DNA of 64,000 bases, taken from assembly GCA_951406725.2 (NCBI GenBank), contig OX597822.1, positions 24,180,001-24,244,000 of the forward strand, written 5' to 3'. The notes beneath the pieces are model-generated. The model made no database searches, was not told the DNA's origin, and saw nothing but the letters and a program-made list of their open reading frames with translations. A program made the translations under genes and the position numbers. Origin of the DNA: Octopus vulgaris. Lineage: Eukaryota. Below, piece after piece: positions 51,860 to 63,094 of the stretch (position 1 is the first letter of the stretch; every line of letters starts with the position of its first letter).

Positions 51860-53820
51860 TAATAATAATAATAATGATAATTCTTTTATTGGCCACAAGG
51901 GCTAATATAAATCAAAACATTAAAGGACAACACAAGACAATATACAAAGGATTTTGCACAAAAAAAAAAAAAATCTGTGTAAACATTTGATAATAAAAAT
52001 GTGACAAGTAAAATCTCCCAATGGGGGAGGCACTTCAAAGGTTACTCGTGGAAAAACCCATAAAAGCCACAGGTGCCTGATCAACAGAGCAAGAGCCTTT
52101 CTTTTATACTTCTTTTTTTACAGGTATATTTTCAGAATTGGTCCAACCATACTGGCCATTTTTTCGACGTTCACCCACCTTTCAACAAATTTGCTACAAG
52201 CCAACACACCCCTCTCTACCCACACTTTACTTTTCCAGTGGAACTTAAAGCTGATGAGGCTTTGGCCAAAGAGGAAAGTGTCTGACGTTAGCCCTTTCAA
52301 ATGAGTCCACCATACTACTTCTTTCTCTACAGCCACCAGACAAATGAAAATTGCCTTCCCCTCCTAATTAAAGGAGGCCAGCAGGGCAATCTTCACTATG
52401 GATTCGGCTGATAACTGGATCAGTAATGCTTGGGCACGGGATGAGTATGTGCAGAACGGTTTCGTTGCTCTGAGCAGACCTTGGGCAGGTCCAACTGATG
52501 GCACTTCCGCACCTGTAAAGTTTATCTTGGACAGGCAGTACCTCTCGTTAGCACTTCCTCTTGGCCAATTTCTGGGTGAGATTGGCCACCCTGTTTGTCA
52601 CCTCATCCCAGTTTTTCTCCACCTGGAGGTCTGGACCAAACCAGACCCCGAGCAATTTAACTGGAGCGTCTGTCCAGCACCCTACAACATTGTTGGACTG
52701 CATAGACTTGCCTCTCTAGGTGCTGAGTTGCAAACCCACCAACTTTTCTGCATTAATTTTGGCTCCTGTCACCACTTTGTACTCGTTTAGTGTTACTAAT
52801 CAGGTCAATATGCCTGTGGCTCAACACTGTCATGGTGACGTCGTTGGCATGGACAGACATGCTCTTCCCGCAGCCTAGATCACATAGGACACCCCTCAAA
52901 GCCTTCAACTCCCACAGTAACGGCTTGAGAGTCAGTAGGAGGAGATAGGGCATCCTTGGTGGACTAAGCGCAAGATGCCGAATGGGTCTGACAGGTGACT
53001 TTTCACTTGTATAATCAAGCAGGTGCTGCTGTACAAAGCAGTGATCCACCCACAGAAGACCAGACCGAAATCGGCTGCCTTGAGAATAGTTGCCAAGTAT
53101 CGATGGTCGACCCTATCAAAGGTTTTATGCTGATCTAAATTGATCAAAGCCCCACCCGTGCCAGCTCACAAATTTGCGGTCTGTGTGGCCAACTAAGTGA
53201 AATTGTGGATACCCTATGCTCTCCTATCTACTGGCCTACAGAAAACTGTCTAGGTACAATCTAGATGACCTGATGCGATTTGTCCAAGTCCACATTGGTA
53301 CATTCAGGTTATCTAGTCGATATCTGTCAGACAGTTGAAAGCGTCTGAGAAGGTTGGTGAGGCTTTTGCACCCCATCTACTATCAGATGCTCCCATGCCC
53401 ACCCAACTGAAATGTTTGTCTAAGACAGCATTCCAATTCCCAACTAGCACTAAAGTGCAAGATGTACCCATGAAAACCTCCAATTACTTGAAATAATCCG
53501 ACTACCCTGCCCCTGTCGGAGTATAGGTAGCCACCAATATGAAGGCACCGCTGTCACTACTGTTTACATCCAGGAAGATTGCTTTTACTTTCAAATCCAG
53601 GCCTTTCCAGAATAGCACTGCAGTACCACCACTGCCCGCTCCTGGCCGACACAGAGATAGAAAAATCTCATATCCATCAAAAAGGGCTGCAAGTTCCTGC
53701 AGGTCGGAGAGCCTGGCTTCGCTAATGTTGCAAGACCCCAGGTCATTTTAGAGGTGACCTTGTTTCCAAGACTACCCAAGGCCCCTCACATTTATGCTCC
53801 CGATTCTGAGCACTACCATG
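51860..53820 (-). mobile_element. Degenerate, internally deleted Tx1/L1-clade LINE ORF2 (APE plus RT)
   Basis: MVVLRIGSINVRGLG (APE start), LVLVGNWNA, INLDQHKTFDRVDH, QGCPIS and MSVHANDVT; AATAAA plus (TTA)n tail at the 3' end. Confidence 0.85.
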
Positions 53821-54047
53821 TCAAAAAAGATTTACACATATGCTCATACATCATACACAACTAAATCGGACAAATTTCATGGTTTCATTTCATTGACACG
53901 ATGATCTTTGGAGTTTACCGAATGGTATCGATCAAACTCAGTTTTTGAGCACAAATCCAAAATAATTCCTCCTTTATTAAAACAATAAAATATGAGTTGA
54001 GGAGAGATCCGACTGCTTATTCTAGAAGTTCGAATATCTAATATAAA

Positions 54048-54059
54048 GCCGCCATTTTG
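54048..54059 (-). promoter_or_regulatory. YY1 consensus site at a candidate internal TSS
   Basis: GCCGCCATTTTG (CAAAATGGCGGC on minus) at the edge of a CpG-retaining region; possible donor TCG|gtaaac at 53919. Confidence 0.45.
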
Positions 54060-55934
54060 TGACACAAATGAAACCGAGGGTTAAACCATGAATAATGTTA
54101 TCAAATGGTTTATCACTGTACTTTGTTGGTCCTAAATATGCCTGGGATATTCCTTAGTTTTATATTGTCAGTCGGTTATTGTTATCTGAAAGGATTCATT
54201 CCCAAACGAGCAGCTACCACATTTTGTTTTCTCATTTCTTTCAACTTGAATATGTGAGCAAGGTTTTAGGAAAAGACACTTTATATATTACAAGTGGAAA
54301 AGAAAGAAAAAAAAAAAAGAAACGGTGGGTTAAAAATTTTCTTTTTAATATTTTTGTATTATACAACGTAAATTTAGATCCTGAATAATAAAAAAAAAAT
54401 GGGAATTCCTTCGTTAAAAATCATATGATTTTGACATTTGTTGCTAGTAACGAAAGAATGCAATAATTTATTGAAAAAAGTGAATGAACCTAAGAAATGA
54501 AACTGAAACATGTTTTTCAACAAATTTCAGTTTGTAAAATTGTTTCGATACAATGGCACAGTTGTAATTTTAGTTTATAGCCCAGAAACAGAATGATGTA
54601 CCGTAAAATTACGGTTTTTGGCGCGCTAGATAATTTCAAACGTTTGATATCTGAATGAAAATTATGAAAAACCTCAGTCAATGTTTATAACAAATTATTT
54701 ATGAAACGAAAACCAATGTTTGGTTGGTAAATTTGGACAAGTACACCCGCACACAGTCCACTAAGAATAAGGGGTTTGCGACATATTAAGAGGTCAGGGT
54801 ACTTGATTCCAGGCATAAAATCCTTGTTATTTTTTCTTAGTGAACCGCGTGCTGGTAAATTTTTACTATGCATTTAAAAAAAAAAAAACGATTTTTCGCG
54901 TGGAACCAACTCCCCTGACCTCCTACTTTCTCGCAAATCCCTTATTTTGGTGGTTCAGAAAAAGGGGGAAGCACCCCCCCCCCGATTTTTGGGAAATTCT
55001 TCTTTTTTTGTAAAAATTTACCGAAAAGTCTGTGATAATTTATGATTTATTATTAAAGGAACATGGATATGAAAGAAAAAAGTTATTTTAATTTGTACCA
55101 AGATTTGCAGAAAATGTCAGAGTCAATTCAAATTACTTTCAAATTGTGATCACAAACCGAAAGAATGCCAAATGCAAAAAAAAAAAAATCTTCGTAATTT
55201 TGAGAGGGGAGGTGGACCAAGTTGATTATATCGACCCCAGTACTTGGCAAGACTTCGTTTTGTACCACCAAACACCCTCTTTAAAATTTTTTTCTAGCTA
55301 GAATACGAATCTGCAAAAAATTTGGCAGAAATCGACATTTTGAAATTACTCCCCCCACCTTCTTCATTCTAAACTTTTTCAGAAATAGTTTTTTTTCTTC
55401 AAAATATGCGGAAAAATACGGAGATTATGATTCTCAAAAAATTTCCCCCAAAATTTCTAGTTAGGCTTAGAGAAAAAAGTGGAAAATGAAGAAATTTTAA
55501 GCAAAAATTTCAAAATGCCGATTTTGGGTAATTTTCCGGAATATTCGTATCCGAAAACGGGAGTTTTTGGTAAAAAAAAAAAAAAAAATTGCGAGAAAAT
55601 GGGGTGGGGGACGGGAGGAAGTCTTTCCCAGTACTTGACTGGTACTAATTTTATCGACCCTGAAAGGATGAAAGACACACTTGTCCTCCACGGGATTTGA
55701 GCTAACAGAGTAAACAGCCGAAAAATGCCGCTAAACGTTTTGTCCGACGCGCTAACGATTATGCATATTAGATACTGAAGTCCTAAGTAAACAGAAAGGC
55801 TAGTCACAACAAGACTCCCTTTGTAAAAGAATAAACATTGACCATTTCAAAACATGAATCAAACGTTTTTATACACCGATATGTCTATGTTTTTTTAACA
55901 AAAAATAAAGTGTCATATGAATTCATAGAATTAC

Positions 55935-55955
55935 CTTATTTGTTTTGGCTTTCTC
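55935..55955 (-). other. Candidate 21-nt microexon (EKAKTNK)
   Basis: tttccatttag|GAGAAAGCCAAAACAAATAAG|gtaatt; phase 0 to 0, no stop. Confidence 0.3.
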
Positions 55956-56267
55956 CTAAATGGAAACCCAATAATGTGGCTGTCAAATTTTGGGCGTATA
56001 GGAACAATTAATTTAAATCAGACATTAAAAAAAGGGGGCGTGGGGAATAGACGAGGTCCTTAGCATTGTCCTACTACAAGATTGAAAGACATGGTCCGAG
56101 ATGAACACAACAAAAAAGTTACATAAAATTAAAAATCGAATAAAACGGTTTCCCAAAGATGTCTATCTCATCCATCCATGCCACACACTACAAATATGTA
56201 TTACACACAAAAGAAACGCCAAGTTATCCAAGAAAAAAAAAATGTCCTACTAAATATATTTATTTAC

Positions 56268-56306
56268 TTCTCTGATCTTGCTAGACGCAGGCTTTTTCCC
56301 TCTCAT
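56268..56306 (-). other. Candidate alternative first coding exon (MRGKKPASSKIRE)
   Basis: gaagATG with A at -3, 13 codons, weak phase-0 donor GAA|gtaaat; downstream of a GA-rich tract (56430-56570) in CpG-retaining DNA. Confidence 0.3.
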
Positions 56307-56576
56307 CTTCGAAAATTTCTTCTTCAACGGTTGTCTGTGTTTGAGCGCAGTTTTAACTCAGTTGATATCACTTCTGTACTTTCGCCGAGATCAAACAACC
56401 TTCTTCCTTTCCTCAGTATCAATCCCAACTCATTCACCTCTTTCTCTTCCCTTCGTCCTTCCCTTCCTTTATTTCTTTCTCTTTTCTTCCCCTCCCTTCC
56501 TTTCTCTCCCTCCCTCTCTTTTTCTACCTTTATGTCTTTTCCTTTCTCTGTCTCTTTTCTCCCTCTGTCGTTTTAA

Positions 56577-56776
56577 TACCTATCTCTTTACTACCCACAA
56601 GGGGCTAAACAAGGACAGACAAAGAGATTAAGTCGATTACATCGACCCCAGTGTGTAATTGGTACTTAATTTATCGACCCCGAAAGGATGAAAGGCAAAG
56701 TGGACCTCGGCGGAATTTGAACTCAGACGAAATATGGCTACGCATTTCGCCCGGCGTGCTAACGTTTCTGCCAGCT
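56577..56776 (-). mobile_element. SINE family B
   Basis: Matches 41-272. Confidence 0.85.
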
Positions 56777-57129
56777 TTAATAATTGACTAATTAAAGCTA
56801 CATAATTTAGTATTGTTAAAAAAAAGTTTTTTTTTGAAGACCTGAGGAACCCATAGCCTTAAAATACGGAATTGTCATGGTTGGAATGCTTGAGCAGGGT
56901 AGTTAGTGGCCAAAACAACAATTGTTGCCCATTCAACATGTACAAAACTGACACTAAACTACCAACATCAAGCCAAGGAGAAGCCTCTACACAGCAATTC
57001 GACATGCCGGAAATAACTGCCAATCACCCTAAAACCATACCGTACAACTGTGGTTAACAATGTTTTTGACTTTGTGGTACACTAGAAATCATCACTGGCT
57101 CACTTTGTAAGGAAAGCTAAATTTTAAAA

Positions 57130-57216
57130 GGATCTTTTCGGTTTGAACGGCAGTTTTTAACATAATTTCTAGTAAGACACCACTAGAAAAAACTGCCGTT
57201 CAAACCGAAAAGATCC
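57130..57216. mobile_element. 87-bp minimal GGATC-terminus MITE
   Basis: GGATCTTTTCGGTTTGAACGGCAGTTTTT and its perfect inverse; 8-bp TSD TTTTAAAA. Confidence 0.9.
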
Positions 57217-57271
57217 TTTTAAAAAACTGATTTGAAACTAAAAATATTGAAAACTATCACTTTCTTTATTT

Positions 57272-57543
57272 GGCAATCCATCGTTTTTGGTCTCGGAAAA
57301 GTAAACTATTTGCTCGGCAAATTATGTATAAAATTCACTTATTGCAGCTGAACAGTGAAAAACACCTTGTGTATGTAGATACACATACATAAATGTTTTG
57401 TTTTCACGAATCGCTTGTCTCTGTATTTTTGTGTATTTATGTTTATGTGCATCTAAGCTGAAAAAGTGACGACATAAAATGGTTTTACGGAACTTGCCGA
57501 ACAAATAGTTTCACTTTACCGAGATCAAAAACGATGGATTGCT
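57272..57543. mobile_element. MITE with about 50-bp TIRs and GGCAA termini (Merlin-like)
   Basis: GGCAATCCATCGTTTTTGGTCTCGG / CCGAGATCAAAAACGATGGATTGCT; TSD ctttattt/ctttgttt. Confidence 0.8.
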
Positions 57544-57858
57544 CTTTGTTTTATTAATCATGTAATAAATATATTAATACATTTTTAAACATATTGAAAC
57601 AATTAGCTTGGATTTTCTAAATATTTAACTTGTCTTAAATTTCGCAGTGAACCTTTGCTTAAATCATATAAAGAAACACAGAAAATGTAATGCTTAGACA
57701 AACATCGATGGTCACAGATGGAACGCTTTTCTTTTTTCATTTCAGTGTTCGCAGTTAACCTGGGGTTAAAGAACAACACTATAGGATCATTGAGGCATGC
57801 GGTACGTAGTCGCTCCACCTTACATGAAATAACAGCCAAATCTCCTTTGCATTATTTT

Positions 57859-57955
57859 CAGGTATGGGCAACCTTTTCCGAGAAGCGGGTCTAAAATAAA
57901 TTCAAGGTAATTTTTTGTTAGGTGCGCCTCGCGGCCCGAAGATTGCCCATGACTG
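57859..57955. mobile_element. Short hAT-like MITE
   Basis: CAGGTATGGGCAA / TTGCCCATGACTG TIRs; TSD not clear. Confidence 0.5.
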
Positions 57956-58447
57956 AATTACTACAATCTTAAGGCAAATGACATGCTTGAACATAGCTTT
58001 AAAATACGGAAGGGTCATGGCTGGAATGCTTGAGCGGGGTAGTTAGTAGCCAAAGCAACAAAGTCGCTCCACCTCACTAGAAATAACAACCAAATCTCTT
58101 TAAGAAATGTACATCTTAACCGGAGCAAAAGTCATTTGATATAACCTTAAAAATTTACCGGCAAGTGACGTAAACCTTTAATACTCATTGAGCAGGTTAA
58201 GTTGCAACAATACGGACACTAATAAACCCAACATTATGATAACATCTGAATGAATTCGTACTGTATAACGAAGTATTCTGGTGTTTAGAGAGAACAGTAA
58301 CATACTAAACGAAAATAGTCACTAGGGAAGAAAAAAGTCGCAATTTTTGGCTGCGGTGAAAAAGCAAGAGAAAAAAATATGTTATCACTTATAAAAAGTT
58401 AACAATCCAAGAACCGAGATTGAGACTTGATATTTTAGGCATTACTA

Positions 58448-58751
58448 CAGATGTGTGTCCGACTTTGTTTCTTCATAACTTTCTAAAAAACGCATATTTT
58501 AAGATGACATTTTCAACAAATACTTTTCAGATGATGTAGATTACGATTATGTCGAAATTTGAGAAGATAAATTGATGGTGGGGGTGGGGATGATAATTCA
58601 CGTATCTCATCAGAACAAAGAGACAGCTGAGGTACTTGAACCCCGACCCCCACGTCAAATTCCGAGACAATCTTTAATGTAGTCTAAAACATAGCTGTGA
58701 AAACTCCATTCAAAAATATACATTTTTTCTGAGGGTGGGTGCACACATCTA
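58448..58751. mobile_element. TA-flanked Tc1/mariner-type MITE
   Basis: TA-CAGATGTGTG / CACACATCTA-TA. Confidence 0.5.
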
Positions 58752-58872
58752 TAATTATAACATATGTCTTGTGATACAGCCCTACGTTGTTAAGTTACTT
58801 TAATTACTGCAGCCTATCCTGAGTACTCACGGTGCATACGTGATACACAGACATACACAAGATAAGCCCATC

Positions 58873-58978
58873 TTTCGGTATTAGTAGACAACGTCATTCA
58901 CCCACGCAACGTTCCCTCAAGACAGATAAAGAGGCGAAGAAAAAAAAAAGTGAATGGCGTCGTCTACTAATACTGAAA
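58873..58978. repeat. 29-bp inverted repeat with a 48-nt loop
   Basis: TTTCGGTATTAGTAGACAACGTCATTCAC / GTGAATGGCGTCGTCTACTAATACTGAAA, 3 mismatches. Confidence 0.85.
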
Positions 58979-59420
58979 AATTACATGTGTTTATTATATA
59001 TGCGTGTAGACATATACATACGCAAAATTGTTACATTAATTTTGAAGAAAGCGAAATTAATAATGTGTGTTAGAATACTGACCGAAAAGTCACGGTTGGA
59101 ATACCATCACCAGTGCTGTGCTATGCTATAGGTACTAACAAACTGTCGAATAACTCTTGAGTCTTCCTGAACCAATCCACCAAGATATAAGAATGAACAC
59201 TAAGGAGGTGTGGTACCACTGGAGGCGTTGTACCAATTAATTAACGAGCTGTTTCATTCACCTATAATGCTGAACCAAGACTGTCTTATATAGGAAGTAT
59301 TTAATAGCTTAACATCCTCTTTAAAAGGAAGTAAAACTAATAAAATTTATTATATTCACAAAATGCAGAATCTGCTCACGAAAAAGAAATTCTATTTAGA
59401 ATGCATTGAATTTTTCTTAC

Positions 59421-59512
59421 CTTGCTGAATTTATCCACACGAATAGACAGATTTTCTATAGAATGTTGAACAGCTTGTTGAATGGTGTGGTTAGCAGATA
59501 GAGGCTGTTTTC
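59421..59512 (-). CDS. TBC1D24: TBC1D24/skywalker internal exon (end of TBC region), 92 nt, phase 1 to 0
   Basis: ttttttctag|GA...AAG|gtaaga; reads (G)KQPLSANHTIQQAVQHSIENLSIRVDKFSK and joins in frame to the 51624-51836 exon; resembles the human TBC1D24 segment 'GQPLES...SPEKLLEKAF' (recalled). Confidence 0.8.
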
Positions 59513-59859
59513 CTAGAAAAAAGACCAAGATAATACTCATTATTAAAAAAAAAAAAGGTTCCTTTGTAAAATTAGCTAAATCATCTTGTGAAATTTGAAA
59601 TAAATTTATACAAGGGATGGTAAAATCCAGCAAAACATGTAGTAATAAAATACGTATAGAAAATTAAAACATTAAAAATAGTGTTTAACGTATAAGGCAA
59701 AAAAACCTCCTACATTTTGCGTGGCTATTGGTGTGGTGATCGTGAAGTTAGGCAGATAGAAATGGTATCTTCATGTAGCTAATGTTTTACCGTGTTGTTT
59801 TCCCTAGTTATCATCATGGCCTGGACTGGTACACACTATGTGCTTACTATCAAAATGTT

Positions 59860-60279
59860 GGATCTTTTCGGTTTGAAGGGCAGTTTTTTCTAGCGGTGTC
59901 ATATGAAATTGTCACCCATAATTATGACCCTAGTATCGATCTATTGCATTTCAATCTGTTTTAGGGTTAGGGCTAGGGGTGGGGGGAAAGGGTACTTTTT
60001 TTTTCTTCAGAAATGTAAATAAACCCAATCTGTTTCTTAAACGAGGGACATATTCATACGGCAAAGAATGTTTTCACCTCAATAGACGTCATTGATTGGT
60101 TAAAATTGCAGAAATTGAAGAAGAAAAAACAACAAATATCTTACAAACTATAGAATTTTCTCAATAAAGCCAAGAGAAAAAGATGTTTTATAAACACATT
60201 CTACCAGTATTCGAAGTTTAAAAGTGTTTAGTTACATGGAAATTATTTTAAAAAACTGCCGTTCAAACCGAAAAGATCC
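59860..60279. mobile_element. 420-bp GGATC-terminus MITE
   Basis: Same TIRs as 57130-57216; body colinear with 7745-8126 and related to the right arm of 4443-5184; TSD not preserved. Confidence 0.85.
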
Positions 60280-61407
60280 AATTTTTAAAATTATTGTGTA
60301 TTCCTACCACGCCCACCACTATAATTTTAGATTAATGAAAACTCAGTGTATTCGATTTTCAAAATAAAAAATATCCTTGAATCAAAAATTCCATTAATCT
60401 AACTTTAAAACTGCCTTACACAAATCCTGAACTCAAACAGTTTCATTGTAAAATCTTATTGCTAAACCAACCAGTTTATTAACATTTAGGGTGACCTGTT
60501 ATAATACTCTGCAGTAGAATTCCAGGAATAAACAGCTCTAAGAGACCTCATCTTCATGAAGCAAAGAAATTAACCTTTTGTCTCTCCTGGCATCCATACA
60601 TATTTGACAAACATACCTAATTTTTTTCACCCATTAGAGTAACTTGGAACTTATGAAAGCAAAGATTATATTTCTCGGAACGTATGCAACTATTTATTAA
60701 TAAATGTCTGAAAACAGGTATGGATGTTTACAGTGGCTACTCATGTATAGGCACTGCGGAACTGCAGCACCCGCCTATTTCCACTCGATATATCCATAAC
60801 ATTCAATATAATGAGTTCTTTTTTCTTAATTCTTTCTTTATACTTGTACAGTATATAATCTTTAAGCTTAATGTCAGTAGCCATCCCCCAGTTTATGAAA
60901 AAATACAGAAATCATTGTATAGAAGTGTGCGCTTCACAGTTCCAGCTACGCGGTGTTTGGATATTGTGCACATGTCCTAGATAGGAAGCTTCACGTTAGG
61001 GAAAGAGAGCACTATGATAGTCATTTTTTCTTTTCTTCTTATCACACCAGAAATCTTGCAAAACAAATTCATAAATATTTTTATTTAAGATAACTTTAAA
61101 ACAGGAAGTTTGTGTCACAGAATCAAGGGCAAACTCATGAATCAAAAGAGTTGTGTTCAGCTCACAGTATGGTTACAGAACAAAGTCCATAAATCAGCGA
61201 ACATACAATTTTCTCAAAGAATAAATAGAACAATCCTTTCCACTAGAGGCACAAGGCCTGAAATTTTGAAGGTGTTGGGGGCTTGTCCAGTGCTTTATCA
61301 ACTTTGAAAGGATGAAAAGCAAAGCTGACCATTGCAGTATTTGAACTCAGAATATAAAAATGGACACAAAGCTCTGGCATTTTGTGAAGCATGCTAACAG
61401 TTTATCG

Positions 61408-61611
61408 CCTTTACTCTTTTACTTGTTTCAGTCATTTGACTGTGGCCATGCTGGAGCACCACCTTTAGTCGAGCAAATCGATGCCCAGGACTTATTCTTT
61501 GTAAGCCTTGTACTTATTCTATCGGTCTCCTTTCCTGAACCGCTAAGTTACGGGGCCAGCATCGGTTGTCAAGCGATGTTGGGGGGGACAAATACAGACA
61601 CACAAACATAT

Positions 61612-61648
<37 letters not shown>

Positions 61649-61651
61649 CGA

Positions 61652-61695
<44 letters not shown>

Positions 61696-62020
61696 CTGTT
61701 AGGAAGGGCATCCAGCTGTAGAAACACTGCCAGATCTGACTGGTCTGGTGCAGCCTTCGGGCTTCCCAGACCCCAGTTGAACCGTCCAACCCATGCTAGC
61801 ATGGAAAGCGGATGTTAAACGATGATGATGATGATGATGATGATATATATATATATATGATGGGCTTCTTTCAGTTTCCATCTACCAAATCCACTCACAA
61901 GGCTTTGGTCAGCCCGAGGCTATACTAGAAGACACTTGCCCAAGGTGCCACGCAATGGGACTGAACCCAGAACCATGTGGTTCGTAAGCAAGCTACTTAC
62001 CACACAGCCATTCCTGTGCC
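61408..62020 (-). mobile_element. Family A SINE with a family C element (61697-61843, plus strand) inserted in its internal (TA)n
   Basis: Family A halves flank (TA)n-C-(GAT)n-(TA)n. Confidence 0.85.
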
Positions 62021-62254
62021 TATAAATAAATAAAGTAATAGTCCTTTCTACTATAGGCACATGACCTGAAAATTGAGGGAGAAGGGGCTAATTGGTTACA
62101 TCAACTCCAGTGTTCAGCTGGTGCTTATTTCATCAACCCCAAAATGATGAAAAGCAAAGTCAACCTCGGCAGCATTTGAACTAAGACCGTAAAGACAGAT
62201 GAAATGCCACTAAGTATTTTGGCCAGAATGCTAATGATTGTGCTAGCTCACTAC

Positions 62255-62690
62255 CTTGCCAACCTCGCCTGGCCGTTGCCAGCCTCACCGGCCATTGCCA
62301 GCCTTGCCTGGCCCCTGTGCTGATGGCACGTAAAAAGCACCATCCGATCGTGGCCGTTTGCCAGCCGCGTCTAGCACCTGTGCCGGTGGCACGTAAAAAG
62401 CACCATCCGATCGTGGCCGTTTGCCAGCTGCGTCTAGCACCTGTGCTGATGGCACGTAAAAAGCACCATCCGATCGTGGCCGTTTGCCAGCCGCGTCTAG
62501 CACCTGTGCCGGTGGCACGTAAAAAGCACCCACTACACTCACGGAGTGGTTGGCGTTAGGAAGGGCATCCAGCTGTAGAAACATAGCCAGATCAGACTGG
62601 GCCTGGTGCAGCCTTCTGGCTTCCCAGACCCCAGTTGAACCGTCCAACCCATGCTAGCATGGAAAGCGGACGCTAAACAATGATGATAAT
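62255..62690 (+). mobile_element. Family C element with an expanded 63-bp internal tandem repeat
   Basis: Units start at 62314, 62377, 62440 and 62503 (partial). Confidence 0.85.
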
Positions 62691-63094
62691 TCCTTATGAC
62701 TCAAAAAGGTTGGAAATTTCCAAAATGTGTTTTGTCTTTTATGGTCATTTCAGATTTATAGCAATACTCAGTATTCATATCAGCATTCACTCAATAATTG
62801 AGCCAATTCCAGCCAGTGAAACCACAGATTCACAAACAACAGCTAGACACACTCCGTAATCATGGACATCTGATGAAAAGATCATCACCTAATCATGATT
62901 CCATCAGCTGATATCATATATGTGAAGTCTAGATATAGATTCAAGGTCTGACTTAATTGTACAAATCCATGTTCTCAGCTGCCTACCACATGATTGGCAC
63001 TCCAAGTAGTATAACCACTACAAGACAACAACAAATCATATCATTCTGGAAAATAGGATGGACACGTTGACTTATACAATCCTACACAGTAACA

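Noticed and set aside
52250-52275. CTGATGA-GGC-TTTG-GCC-AAAG hammerhead-like string (also 18453 and 24359)
   Set aside because: Missing GAAA core or missing stems I/III; the 52250 case is antisense LINE coding sequence
60870-60980. Possible upstream TBC1D24 exon after cttcctatctag on minus
   Set aside because: All three frames hit stops and there is no TBC-like motif or good donor
62314-62530. Regular 63-bp repeats with an internal palindrome, superficially CRISPR-like, and the 21-aa repeat ORF 62285..62647
   Set aside because: No unique spacers, eukaryotic context, no cas genes; it is a tandem expansion inside a dispersed retroelement
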